A stretch of 64,000 nt of DNA from Verrucomicrobiota bacterium (lineage in GTDB: Bacteria > Verrucomicrobiota > Verrucomicrobiia > Opitutales > Cerasicoccaceae). Under the pieces are notes generated by a model that saw only the letters and a program-made list of their open reading frames with translations, did not search any database and was not told the DNA's origin. The position numbers and the translations under genes were made by a program. The stretch is taken from contig JBCBUK010000004.1 of the NCBI GenBank assembly GCA_039818205.1, positions 136,302 through 200,301 of the forward strand. The letters run 5' to 3'. Shown in pieces: positions 33,343 through 42,265 of this stretch; positions within the stretch are counted from its first letter, which is position 1; every line of letters starts with the position of its first letter.

Positions 33343-34926
33343 TTAATCACCGAGGCCGACTTGGCGGATGAACTCGTTTGTAAACAAGTGCCTCAGTTGT
33401 GGGTCGGGGAACACCGTTTTGCGTGCCGCGATCCATCGGTCGACTTTTGTTCCCCACTGTTTGCGCATTAGGCGCCCCGGGTCCTGCGGCTCGATTAAGC
33501 AGCGGTTGAATTTACCCCAATGCGGGCGGAAGGGGATGCCGTTCTGCTCAAGGTTTGCACACACCTGATCCATGAACTCGAAGATCAAATCGTTTTGGAT
33601 GGAATCGACTTCGATGACGCAGGATATCGGATCTTGGCCGGTGCCGAGCAGGGCTTTGGTTTGCTTGATGTAGCGTCCTTCAATCAGGATCGGCAACAGC
33701 TTTCCAAATGACGCGTAGGTGCCGAAGATGGTGTCAATCGCATCGCTGACGCGGTCCAGGGGGACGGCGACGCCCGAGGCAAAGGTCGGTCCAACGTTGG
33801 CTTCGGATCGAAAGAGTTCAAAGATCGTTCCCGTGATCTTTTTTCCGGCTGGGTAGCGCTCGGATACTTGCTGATTGAGTTGGTCGCGGACGAGGGTACT
33901 CAGGGGCCAAATACTCAGCAAGGGCATGACGGCCGACATGACTTCGAGGCCTCCGCTGGTCAACCCTTCGCCCTGCTTCGGTTCGGGCGGTTCATAGTCG
34001 TCGTGGTAGGGTTCTTCGTAGTAGGTGTGAATCGCAACGCGGTGTGGATTGCCGCCGTCATTCGGATTCAAGACAAAGCCAAGATGGTAGAGGTCAGGCG
34101 TCGTCTGAGGAAGCGCGATCGCGGAAACATCCAGCGAGTTCAAGAAGGTCTTCAGCGTCGAATCGTAGTCGAAATAGGTCAGCTCGCCATGCAGCAGAAA
34201 TAAGGGGCGAGTCAGAAGGAAAACGCCTCGGACAATTCCGAAGCAGCCCAATCCCATTTGCGCGGCGTAGAATAACTCGTCGTCTTCAACCACTTCAGCG
34301 TCGAGATTCTTGGCGACTTTCGACGAGACGGCGGGAGCTGATTTCGGTTGCAGCAGAATATGCCGGTCAGAGCCAACAACCACGTGCAGCGCCATAATCG
34401 AGTCGTGCACCGAACCAAACTTGAAGGCCCCGCCGTGGGTTCCCGTTGACGCGGCGCCGGTAACGGTTTGCCCATTGTTTGTTCCAGCCGCCATGATGGA
34501 TTGGCCTTCCCGGAACAAAAAGCGATTGAGGACTGCCAGGGTGCAACCGCCTTCTACTAGGTAGATGGAGCCGTCGGGATGGTCCCGTTTAAAAGCGGCC
34601 CGATGCAGGCTCGGCGGAATTCGCAAGATGCGGTTGGAGCGCGCGGTCTCCAGCTGCCGACCCGTTGAGACGGGTAGAGGGCTGAGTGACCAGGTGCTAC
34701 CGTAAGCCCGAAACTCGGCCCCGGGCCCCTGGGCCATGGCATCTTTGACCAGCTCCATGATTGCCAGCGTTTTCTTTTTATACTGGTCGAGCTGCGCCGC
34801 GACGCTGGTTGGAATCTGAAGGTCGCTCTTCTGGCGATAAATTCCGGTGTTCGTTACAGAGAATGCTTGGTGCCAACCCTCGAGTGTGGTCGGCTGATCG
34901 AGTTCGTAGGGATGGAGATTGGGCAT
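33343..34926 (-). CDS. FAD-linked oxidase (FAD_binding_4 + ALO-like C-terminus)
   Basis: RAYGSTWSLS, VEGGCTL, QTVTGAASTGTHG, GLGCFGIV, RPHWGK. Confidence 0.85.
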   Translation of the reverse strand: MPNLHPYELDQPTTLEGWHQAFSVTNTGIYRQKSDLQIPTSVAAQLDQYKKKTLAIMELVKDAMAQGPGAEFRAYGSTWSLSPLPVSTGRQLETARSNRILRIPPSLHRAAFKRDHPDGSIYLVEGGCTLAVLNRFLFREGQSIMAAGTNNGQTVTGAASTGTHGGAFKFGSVHDSIMALHVVVGSDRHILLQPKSAPAVSSKVAKNLDAEVVEDDELFYAAQMGLGCFGIVRGVFLLTRPLFLLHGELTYFDYDSTLKTFLNSLDVSAIALPQTTPDLYHLGFVLNPNDGGNPHRVAIHTYYEEPYHDDYEPPEPKQGEGLTSGGLEVMSAVMPLLSIWPLSTLVRDQLNQQVSERYPAGKKITGTIFELFRSEANVGPTFASGVAVPLDRVSDAIDTIFGTYASFGKLLPILIEGRYIKQTKALLGTGQDPISCVIEVDSIQNDLIFEFMDQVCANLEQNGIPFRPHWGKFNRCLIEPQDPGRLMRKQWGTKVDRWIAARKTVFPDPQLRHLFTNEFIRQVGLGD

Positions 34927-34944
34927 GGCTTGTTGGGGGGTTAC

Positions 34945-35310
34945 CTACTCGGGAAAATCGCCCCCGGGCACATCTTGGGTTGCCGGTACGTATTCGATGT
35001 CAGTCCGTTGCCAGAAGCCGAGGCTCAACACGGAGATCAAATCGTTGCCCCAGTTCCGGTGCACGACGACTTCATGGATGCCGCCATGCTCAGCGTCCTC
35101 AGCAAAGAAGGGTTGATCCTCGGGGTCAATATTAGAGCCCCAGAAGTAAGTGTCGACAGTGCGGCGATTCGTTTCCGGGTTCGTGCCGGCTGCGTAGGCT
35201 CCCGCCGTTTCAGGATTGCGCACTGTGACGGATGAACACCCTGCGATAATCGCGACTGTGCCAGCAATCAGCAACGCCCGCCCAATTCGGAATGACCAGT
35301 TGTTTTTCAT
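34945..35310 (-). CDS. Bor/Iss-like small lipoprotein
   Basis: Lipobox IAGC; YFWG and LISVLSLGFWQRTDIEY resemble the Bor family pattern. Confidence 0.65.
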   Translation of the reverse strand: MKNNWSFRIGRALLIAGTVAIIAGCSSVTVRNPETAGAYAAGTNPETNRRTVDTYFWGSNIDPEDQPFFAEDAEHGGIHEVVVHRNWGNDLISVLSLGFWQRTDIEYVPATQDVPGGDFPE

Positions 35311-35399
35311 AACAGTAGATGGAAAATGTTAGGTTTTTCCGCGATCGAGGTCGATCCCTCTTTCTGACTTTTTAATGACGAGATTAATCGGAATTGATT

Positions 35400-35759
35400 C
35401 TAGTCGCTTTCCGGGATCTTCGATTCTAATTCTTGAACCTTCTCTGCCAGCATCTTTACGTGGTTTTTACCGACGGTTTGAAGAATCATTCCAATTCCAG
35501 TGGCCATAAGAAGGGCACCTAGGATCGATGAGAACATTAGTGCCGTGAACATCATCGACCGATTATTTAAATCGATCATGAGCCATTCAAGTGTTTCCGG
35601 AGTAGGCGACTGAGGGGGTGCTAGTTTGCGCCATGAGTTATAAAGGAAACCGAAGAATCCAATCGATATGACAAGAAACAAGATTCCGATTATTCTCCGA
35701 ATACGGGTAGTGTTGTGCAGATCGGCCAATAACTCCTGGATCTCGTTGGCCTGGTTCAT
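35400..35759 (-). CDS. hypothetical membrane protein (2 TM)
   Basis: Two hydrophobic helices and a C-terminal coiled coil; abuts the M48 stop; alternative TTG start 35765. Confidence 0.7.
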   Translation of the reverse strand: MNQANEIQELLADLHNTTRIRRIIGILFLVISIGFFGFLYNSWRKLAPPQSPTPETLEWLMIDLNNRSMMFTALMFSSILGALLMATGIGMILQTVGKNHVKMLAEKVQELESKIPESD

Positions 35760-35761
35760 CT

Positions 35762-36625
35762 TCAATAAAGATACGCGTACATAGCGCCTGGCTTAACGGG
35801 TCCGGGCCAGGAGGCCTGACCGCTGGCTTGCATGTAGATGGGCAATGCCTCGGGAATCAATTCTTTGAGCCGACGAATCCGCGTCGTTCCGCTTGGGTGG
35901 GTTGACAAAAATTCCGGTGGGCGTTCGCCACCTTGGGAATCCATTTTCTGCCAAAACGGGACGCTGGCTCGCGGGTCATATCCCGCGGCCGATGAATAGA
36001 TCAAGCCAACGTGGTCGGCTTCGGATTCCATGGTCCGGCTGTAGGGCAGGATGAATCCAATACTGGAGCCCAGACCATAGCTTGCCATGACAATCTGCGA
36101 GGTGCTGTGGTCAACTTCGCCGAGGCCCAGGCCAATTGCCAGCGCAGCGCCTGCCATTTGATTGGCCAACTGGTGGGACACTTTTTCCTCACCATGGTGG
36201 GCGGCGACGTGGGCAATTTCGTGCCCCATCACGACCGCGACATCGTCATCGTTATCAAAGAGTGGGAAAATTCCGGTATAAAATCCGACCTTACCGCCGG
36301 GCATCGCGAACGCGTTTATCTGATCGCTTTCAAACACGACGAACTCCCATTGCTCGGGTGGTTTGAGGTCTGCGCCGCGTGCGCGCGCGGCAACGACAAT
36401 GCGTTCGCCAATTTTCTGCAAGCGTTGCTGCTTCTCGACGTCCTTCGAGATGGGCATCTGCTGCTTCATTTGATCGAATTGCGAGACGGCCATACTTTCG
36501 ACCTCGGCATCCGAAATCAGACTCAGCTGGCTGCGACCGGTTTCGGGCGCGCTTGCGCACCCGGTAAAGAGGGCTGCCGTAATCGTCGCCGAAGCCAAAA
36601 GACAAACACGGAGAAATAAGATCAT
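35762..36625 (-). CDS. M48 family metallopeptidase lipoprotein
   Basis: Lipobox FTGC, NAFAMPGGK, HEIAH, YSRTMESEAD, FLSTHP. Confidence 0.93.
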   Translation of the reverse strand: MILFLRVCLLASATITAALFTGCASAPETGRSQLSLISDAEVESMAVSQFDQMKQQMPISKDVEKQQRLQKIGERIVVAARARGADLKPPEQWEFVVFESDQINAFAMPGGKVGFYTGIFPLFDNDDDVAVVMGHEIAHVAAHHGEEKVSHQLANQMAGAALAIGLGLGEVDHSTSQIVMASYGLGSSIGFILPYSRTMESEADHVGLIYSSAAGYDPRASVPFWQKMDSQGGERPPEFLSTHPSGTTRIRRLKELIPEALPIYMQASGQASWPGPVKPGAMYAYLY

Positions 36626-36685
36626 TGGTGCTATCCTATTGGTTCACCGAAATCAGTCAATGTCGGGAAATTCCTCCGACAATCC

Positions 36686-37123
36686 TTACTTCTTTTTTGC
36701 TTCAGTCGTCTGGTAGGTTTCTCGCGCCAAGATATCGAGGCGGAAATCAACCACGGTGCCGTAGGGCGCAACCCCCTTTAGGTAGATACGTTCCTGGGCA
36801 AGAATTAACCCGGATTTCCAAAGTGGGGGCGGGGAATTGATCTCCGAGCCATCGGCCTTCAGCCAGGTGAAGCGGTAGTTGAACTCGCGCGCTTTGTAAG
36901 TGTTGTTCTGTAGCTCGGCCATGACTGCGATCAAGCTGCCTTCGCTAGACTTTTCCTCAACTTTTATCACCGAGAGATCCCGCAAGAGAATCGGGTCAGT
37001 TGTCACCTTCGACGCTGAAAGCGGGTTATTGGCCGGCTGTTGCGCGTCTGGATCTGCCGAGTCGCAACCGGCAAAAACAGCGATCAATAAAAGTGAGAAA
37101 TAGCAGGTGAGGTTTCGGATCAT
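36686..37123 (-). CDS. YcfL/DUF1425-like lipoprotein
   Basis: Lipobox FAGC; YRFTWLKADG, GVAP..FRL. Confidence 0.75.
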   Translation of the reverse strand: MIRNLTCYFSLLLIAVFAGCDSADPDAQQPANNPLSASKVTTDPILLRDLSVIKVEEKSSEGSLIAVMAELQNNTYKAREFNYRFTWLKADGSEINSPPPLWKSGLILAQERIYLKGVAPYGTVVDFRLDILARETYQTTEAKKK

Positions 37124-37270
37124 AGCGTTGGTATCTTCGCATTGCGCTTGCCTCGCCCGAGGTCGTTTGAAGACAGAATTCGGGCCATCGAGGTTAGCAG
37201 ATGACAGAAGGTTACATCATCTTAACGTGGCCGGATGGGTCAACGTCATTTTCCTGAGTCGTTCAATGAC

Positions 37271-37304
37271 AAAAAAGCCCGCAGCCCATTGAAGGACCGC
37301 GGGC
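37271..37304 (-). terminator. intrinsic terminator after the yceI-like gene
   Basis: Minus strand GCCCGCGGTCC-TTCAAT-GGGCTGCGGGC-TTTTTT. Confidence 0.85.
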
Positions 37305-37328
37305 GGAAAAGTGGTTTGGGTCTCGGTG

Positions 37329-37904
37329 TTACTTCTTGCGGTGTCCCTGGATCGAAACCGATACCTTCACGTCGTCGCCAACGATTGGACCGCCGGAATC
37401 CAAGCCCCACTCGGAGCGCTTGATCTCGGTGCCACCCTTGAAGCCAATGATTTCGAGGCCTTCGTAGTGGCCAACACCGTCCATCGTGCCGAGGTACTCG
37501 ACATCCATGGTAACCGGCTTAGTTGTGCCCAATAGGGTCAAGTCGCCCGTGACTTTATAGTTCTTGTCGTCAACCTTCTCCCATTTGGTTGATTTGAAAG
37601 TCATCAACTGATGCTTATCGGCGTGGAAGTAATCGTCCTTGGTTAGGTGCTTGTCGCGCTTCGCGTTGTTGGTGTTGACGCTCGTGGTCTTGATTTCCGC
37701 CGTGGTGGAAGACTTGGACATGTCTTCCTTGTCGACCGAAACCGTTCCCGAGAACTCGCCAAAGCTTCCGTTGACGTCGTTCACAAAGTGACGGACGGCA
37801 AAGTTAACACTCGAGTGGGTCGGGTCGATGTCATACGAGACGACTTCGGCCTGAAGGCTGAGTGCAGATACCAGGGTGCTGAGAATGAGACAGGTTTTTT
37901 TCAT
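37329..37904 (-). CDS. YceI family periplasmic protein
   Basis: Signal peptide, YDIDPTHSSVNF, RDKHL..DYF, GDLTLLGTTKPV, RSEWG. Confidence 0.93.
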   Translation of the reverse strand: MKKTCLILSTLVSALSLQAEVVSYDIDPTHSSVNFAVRHFVNDVNGSFGEFSGTVSVDKEDMSKSSTTAEIKTTSVNTNNAKRDKHLTKDDYFHADKHQLMTFKSTKWEKVDDKNYKVTGDLTLLGTTKPVTMDVEYLGTMDGVGHYEGLEIIGFKGGTEIKRSEWGLDSGGPIVGDDVKVSVSIQGHRKK

Positions 37905-38019
37905 AGTGCTGATGTGGGTTGAATATTATCTCTATGTCAAGATAAATGACTTAAAGCTAAACCGCAACTGCTTAGACGATATTTTTTTCGAAACCTGACG
38001 AATCTCGCAAAGAACGATT

Positions 38020-38964
38020 TTAGAACAGGGTTTCGATATCGCCGACGCTTCCGGAGCGAACCAGGAAGTATAGCAGATCATCGTTAGACCAGCGAACTAT
38101 CGAAACGGTTCCCACATTTGCTGGAACTGGATCGGAGGCATGATAGTCAGATGGGAAAATGGCTTTGCGCACCACATATAGGCTGACGTGATCGCCATTG
38201 CGCATTTTAATTACCGAAACCTGTTGGCCTTGCCACTGGATGACGGCGCATCCGACTTCGGGAAGCGCATCCACCCCGGCAGGTAGATCTCGCGGGCTGG
38301 GGGCTCCGCGACTAGCCAGAAACTCGCGCAGCTCATCCAAGCTTTCAGATTGGTGATCAAGTGGAGCACTGGAGTTGTGGTGAGTCCCGATGTGATTGTG
38401 GAATGAATCGATATCCGAGTTCGCGGACGCTGGGGGCCCGTCAAACATGATCATCCCGACCGCTACAAGTAGGACGATTGCTGCCGCAACCGAGACCAAG
38501 CTCGGATTCTGCCACCAGGGACGCCGTTGTTCCGGACAAAAGGGGACCGCCGTGCCGACGTCGTCGGCCGGTGCCTCCTCTGGCTCGGATTGAGCAGCGG
38601 GCGCTTCCGCAGCTTCCAGTTCCTCTGATTCAATCGAGACGACCTTTTCTGGTTCCTCCAACGGTTCTTCAGTTGCCGGAGCTTCGGTAACGGTTTCTTC
38701 GACGGGCTCGGCGGCTTCGGCAGTTTGCTTTGCTTTCGCCTCCGTCATCGCATTCACGATACGGTCGTCTAAGCCCTCAGGCGCTTCGATGCTTTCAAGC
38801 TTTTGGGCGAATACCCGATCAAAGACTTGTTCCTGGGCGAACCACTCGGCGAGTTCGAGGTCTTCCTCAACGAGCGCCAGCAGCTCTGCCATCTCCGGAT
38901 CATCCGGGTCTAGGCAGTCTGGGCGAATAGTGGCCAGGCGTTCTTTGATCTTATTTAAATCCAT
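38020..38964 (-). CDS. putative membrane-bound anti-sigma factor (DUF3379-like)
   Basis: Directly downstream of the ECF sigma; N-terminal DPEMAELL..WF..EQVFD..APEGL, acidic linker, TM, periplasmic domain with GCAVIQWQGQQVS. Confidence 0.75.
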   Translation of the reverse strand: MDLNKIKERLATIRPDCLDPDDPEMAELLALVEEDLELAEWFAQEQVFDRVFAQKLESIEAPEGLDDRIVNAMTEAKAKQTAEAAEPVEETVTEAPATEEPLEEPEKVVSIESEELEAAEAPAAQSEPEEAPADDVGTAVPFCPEQRRPWWQNPSLVSVAAAIVLLVAVGMIMFDGPPASANSDIDSFHNHIGTHHNSSAPLDHQSESLDELREFLASRGAPSPRDLPAGVDALPEVGCAVIQWQGQQVSVIKMRNGDHVSLYVVRKAIFPSDYHASDPVPANVGTVSIVRWSNDDLLYFLVRSGSVGDIETLF

Positions 38965-38976
38965 GTTTTTTGCGAA

Positions 38977-39474
38977 TTAAGAGTTTAGGAGGGCTTTCTT
39001 CAGTTGCACCTTGCCGCGGGAGAGGCGGGACATAACGGTGCCGATGGGGATATCGAGCGTCTCGGCAATTTCCTTGTAGCTGAGGTCCTTGAGGTAGAAT
39101 AGGACGAGCGGTGCGCGGTAGGCTTCTTCGATGTTTTCAAGAGCCGCCACAGCGCTTTTCCCATCAAGTTTGTCGACGAGTCCTGGATCGACCATAGGTG
39201 CCTCGGATTCGATAATCTCTGGCTCCTGGACGGACATGTTGGCTCCACGACGTCTAATGCGCAAAAATTCTCGGTAGAGGGTAGTGAAGAGCCAGGATTT
39301 GACCTTGGAGGCATCCCGCAGGGAATCGCCTTTTTCGGCGTATACCACAAAGGTCTGCTGGGTAAGGTCACATGCTTCATCTTCATTTTTGCACAAGCTA
39401 TAAGCGAATCGGAATAGTGGCTGATAGTAATCAGCTACTAGTTGACGGAAATCTATATCCGGGTTTTCAGACAT
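38977..39474 (-). CDS. ECF RNA polymerase sigma factor
   Basis: EACDLTQQTF, KSWLFT, LSYKEIAETLDIPIGTVMSRLSRG. Confidence 0.95.
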   Translation of the reverse strand: MSENPDIDFRQLVADYYQPLFRFAYSLCKNEDEACDLTQQTFVVYAEKGDSLRDASKVKSWLFTTLYREFLRIRRRGANMSVQEPEIIESEAPMVDPGLVDKLDGKSAVAALENIEEAYRAPLVLFYLKDLSYKEIAETLDIPIGTVMSRLSRGKVQLKKALLNS

Positions 39475-39592
39475 GTGAGTCGAGGTCGTAGGTTAATATT
39501 CCGTCATTCTTGAAAATCTTGGGAACTTTTCGCAAAGCTTTATACAAATGATCAGCAATTTTTGGACCACTCATTTCAACGGTTCCCAAGTG

Positions 39593-40684
39593 CTAAAGGA
39601 TGAGCATGGCGTCTCCATAACTATAAAATCTATAGCGGTGGTGGATAGCCTGACTGTAGAGATCCTTCAACCATTTAATTCCTTCCATGCTGCCCGGTGT
39701 CAGGAATGCAGACACTAAACAAAGCAGTGTCGACTTCGGCAAATGGAAGTTGGTTATCAGCCCATCGACCAAATGAAATTGATTGGGCGGGTAGATGAAA
39801 ATATCCGCTTCGGCGCTGAATGGTGTGCCCTCAGAGTAGCCCTGCATTTTGCTGGCGTAGTCTTCGAGCGCGCGCAGAGAGGTTGTGCCTACGGCAATTC
39901 GTGGACCACTGGCCTTATCCAATAGAGCCTTTCGGCTTTCTAATGAGATTTCATAGAATTCGCGATGGATTAAGTGGTCTTCAATCTTTTCCACACTGAT
40001 CGGGCGGAAGGTATCCAGGCCAACGTGCAGCGTCACGTCGTGAAATTGCGCTCCTTGATCGGCGATTTTTTGGACGAGCTCCGGTGTGAAGTGGAGCCCA
40101 GCCGTCGGCGCGGCCGCCGCTACTTTCTGGTCCCGGTCGGCATAAACCGTTTGGTAGCGCTCTTGGTCGAGCTTCTGCCAGTCTCGGTGGTCGGCGGATT
40201 CCTGACGTGCCTGTTCTATATAAGGGGGCAAAGGCAAGTTACCGGCCATTTCGGCGATCTCGGTGACGGACTGTTGACCCTTGAGCGGTGTGAATCGCAC
40301 CCGGTTTTCACCATCTGCCCGCTTTTCAATAACTTCGGCAGAAAAAATCCCATCGATTCCAAAGACTGCGCCTTCCTGTAAACGGCGTCCTGGGCGAAGA
40401 AGGCACCAAAACTCCCATTCATTCTTGCCCGGATGGAGCAGCAGGCACTCAACTGCGCCGCCGGTCGATCGCTTAGCGGGGAGTCGTGCGCGAAAGACAC
40501 AGGCGTTGTTGCGAAAAATCCGCGCTGATTTCGGCAAAAAGTCTCCAATGTCGCGAAAGTGCGCATGGGTAATTTGTTGGGTGTCTCGCTCGACAATCAT
40601 CAAGCGAGAATCATCGCGTCGATCAGCGGGAGCCTGGGCAATCAACTCGGCAGGAAGCGGATAATCAAATTCTTTGGTTAGCAT
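39593..40684 (-). CDS. queA: S-adenosylmethionine:tRNA ribosyltransferase-isomerase
   Basis: FDYPLPAELIAQ, PLPPYI, RYQTVYA, AAPTAGLHFT, TNFHLPKSTL, YRFYSYGDAMLIL. Confidence 0.97.
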   Translation of the reverse strand: MLTKEFDYPLPAELIAQAPADRRDDSRLMIVERDTQQITHAHFRDIGDFLPKSARIFRNNACVFRARLPAKRSTGGAVECLLLHPGKNEWEFWCLLRPGRRLQEGAVFGIDGIFSAEVIEKRADGENRVRFTPLKGQQSVTEIAEMAGNLPLPPYIEQARQESADHRDWQKLDQERYQTVYADRDQKVAAAAPTAGLHFTPELVQKIADQGAQFHDVTLHVGLDTFRPISVEKIEDHLIHREFYEISLESRKALLDKASGPRIAVGTTSLRALEDYASKMQGYSEGTPFSAEADIFIYPPNQFHLVDGLITNFHLPKSTLLCLVSAFLTPGSMEGIKWLKDLYSQAIHHRYRFYSYGDAMLIL

Positions 40685-40883
40685 CGAATGAAACTGGACG
40701 ATAAAAGATGACGGTGATGTGGAAGAGGGTTGTTAAAAAAGTGTTAACAATTGCCAAAATGCTGGGTTATATAACCTAAAGAGAAGTTTTTGGGATATAG
40801 GAATGGCTAAAGTATTGAACTTCGTCTCGCTACACTTCAATTTTCTTAGTCCCGCTAGCTTTGTTTTTTAAAAAACCTGCTTC

Positions 40884-42071
40884 ATGGAAGGAAATTCTAC
40901 TCTCATCATTGCCATAGTCATCGGCGTCGTCATCGCCTTGTTGGCCGTTGCCCTATTTGTTATAACGCGGAAGTCCGGAAAAAAGAAGGACGACCATGCC
41001 GAGCCGTTAGTGGAGCGAAACCCGAGCTACGGTCCGCGTTCTGACGACGATAGCGAAGCGGAAGCAGCTGCAGCGGTCGAGGACAAGCCCGCACCGAGCC
41101 CGCTCAAGCCACGCGCTGAGAAGGTGGCGGAAGCCAAGGAGCCGGAGCCGAAGAAGGTGGAAGCTCCGAAGGCGGAGGCGCCAAAGGAAGCTCCCAAGGC
41201 AGCGGCTCCTCCTGAACCGAAGAAGGCCGAGCCGAAGAAGCTCGAGCCTGCCGCCAAAGCACCGGTCGAAGAAGATGACGGATGGGGTGACGATGATGAC
41301 TGGGGAATCGAAACCTCATCGGACCTCGACGCGATCGGCGAAGTTTCCTTGGAAGATGATTTCTCGGCAGACGTCAAGAAACAGCAGGAAGATGCTACGC
41401 CAAAGAAGAAGCTGGTTGAGCGCCGTTCAAGCGAGGACGACGAAGATGAGTGGGGCGATGATATTGTCGAAGAAGACGAGCTGGACGATGGCTGGACGGG
41501 TCCAGTTTTAAAGCGGGTGTCGGCCGAGGTCAAAGAAGCCTTTAAGGAAGCAAGCCTGAGCCAGGAGTTCCACGTCTCCAAGCGCAAGGAAGCTGATGAG
41601 TTTATCGTTAAGTGCGTCCAGTCTTACCTGGGAGGTAACAAAGACGAAGCGGTGAAGGCCGCCCAAGAGCGCGTTTTTGCACTGCACACCAAGATTCAGC
41701 TATCCGATTTGCCGGAAATTATTGAATCGTTCGTCGATTCTGGTGAGGAGTCCAACCAGGCTTTCTTCGCGGACTTCGAAGATATGTGTAACAACCACGA
41801 CGACTCGGTCCTCGTGCTCTTCGAGAAATTCAACACGACGCTGCCTAATCACCTACGCAGTCGTCGGATTGCTGAGGTGACTGAGCCGCTTGCGGCCGTT
41901 GTTTATTTGGCACCGGAATGGGATGAGTCTGATTTCTCCCGTCCAGACTTTGATGATCGGGACGAAGACATCGATGAGGATATGGATTACCTCGAAGAAT
42001 TCTACGATCAGCTTGAGGACGATCCCGAGGACGAAGAGGCGGACAATCAGACGCAGCAAGGTAAGGCTTAG
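40884..42071 (+). CDS. hypothetical membrane-anchored protein with Pro/Lys/Ala linker and acidic Trp-Gly repeats
   Basis: N-terminal TM followed by RKSGKKK; EPKK/APK repeats; DDGWGDDDDWG, DEWGDD, DDGWTG; own terminator. Confidence 0.8.
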   Translation: MEGNSTLIIAIVIGVVIALLAVALFVITRKSGKKKDDHAEPLVERNPSYGPRSDDDSEAEAAAAVEDKPAPSPLKPRAEKVAEAKEPEPKKVEAPKAEAPKEAPKAAAPPEPKKAEPKKLEPAAKAPVEEDDGWGDDDDWGIETSSDLDAIGEVSLEDDFSADVKKQQEDATPKKKLVERRSSEDDEDEWGDDIVEEDELDDGWTGPVLKRVSAEVKEAFKEASLSQEFHVSKRKEADEFIVKCVQSYLGGNKDEAVKAAQERVFALHTKIQLSDLPEIIESFVDSGEESNQAFFADFEDMCNNHDDSVLVLFEKFNTTLPNHLRSRRIAEVTEPLAAVVYLAPEWDESDFSRPDFDDRDEDIDEDMDYLEEFYDQLEDDPEDEEADNQTQQGKA

Positions 42072-42088
42072 TCCAAATTAATTTTTCA

Positions 42089-42115
42089 GGCGCCCGATTC
42101 TTCGGGCGCTTTTTT
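42089..42115 (+). terminator. intrinsic terminator
   Basis: GGCGCCCGA-TTCT-TCGGGCGCT-TTTTT. Confidence 0.88.
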
Positions 42116-42265
42116 ATTTGTTGAGGGCAAAAAATCAGTGCATTGGACTACGCAATTTTCTGTTTTTGCGTAAACCGACTATTGCATGCACTCGCGATTG
42201 CTTGTTATTTCAGATTTTTTCTGCCTATCGGCGTTAGATATTAATCTCAGCCATTGAATACTATT

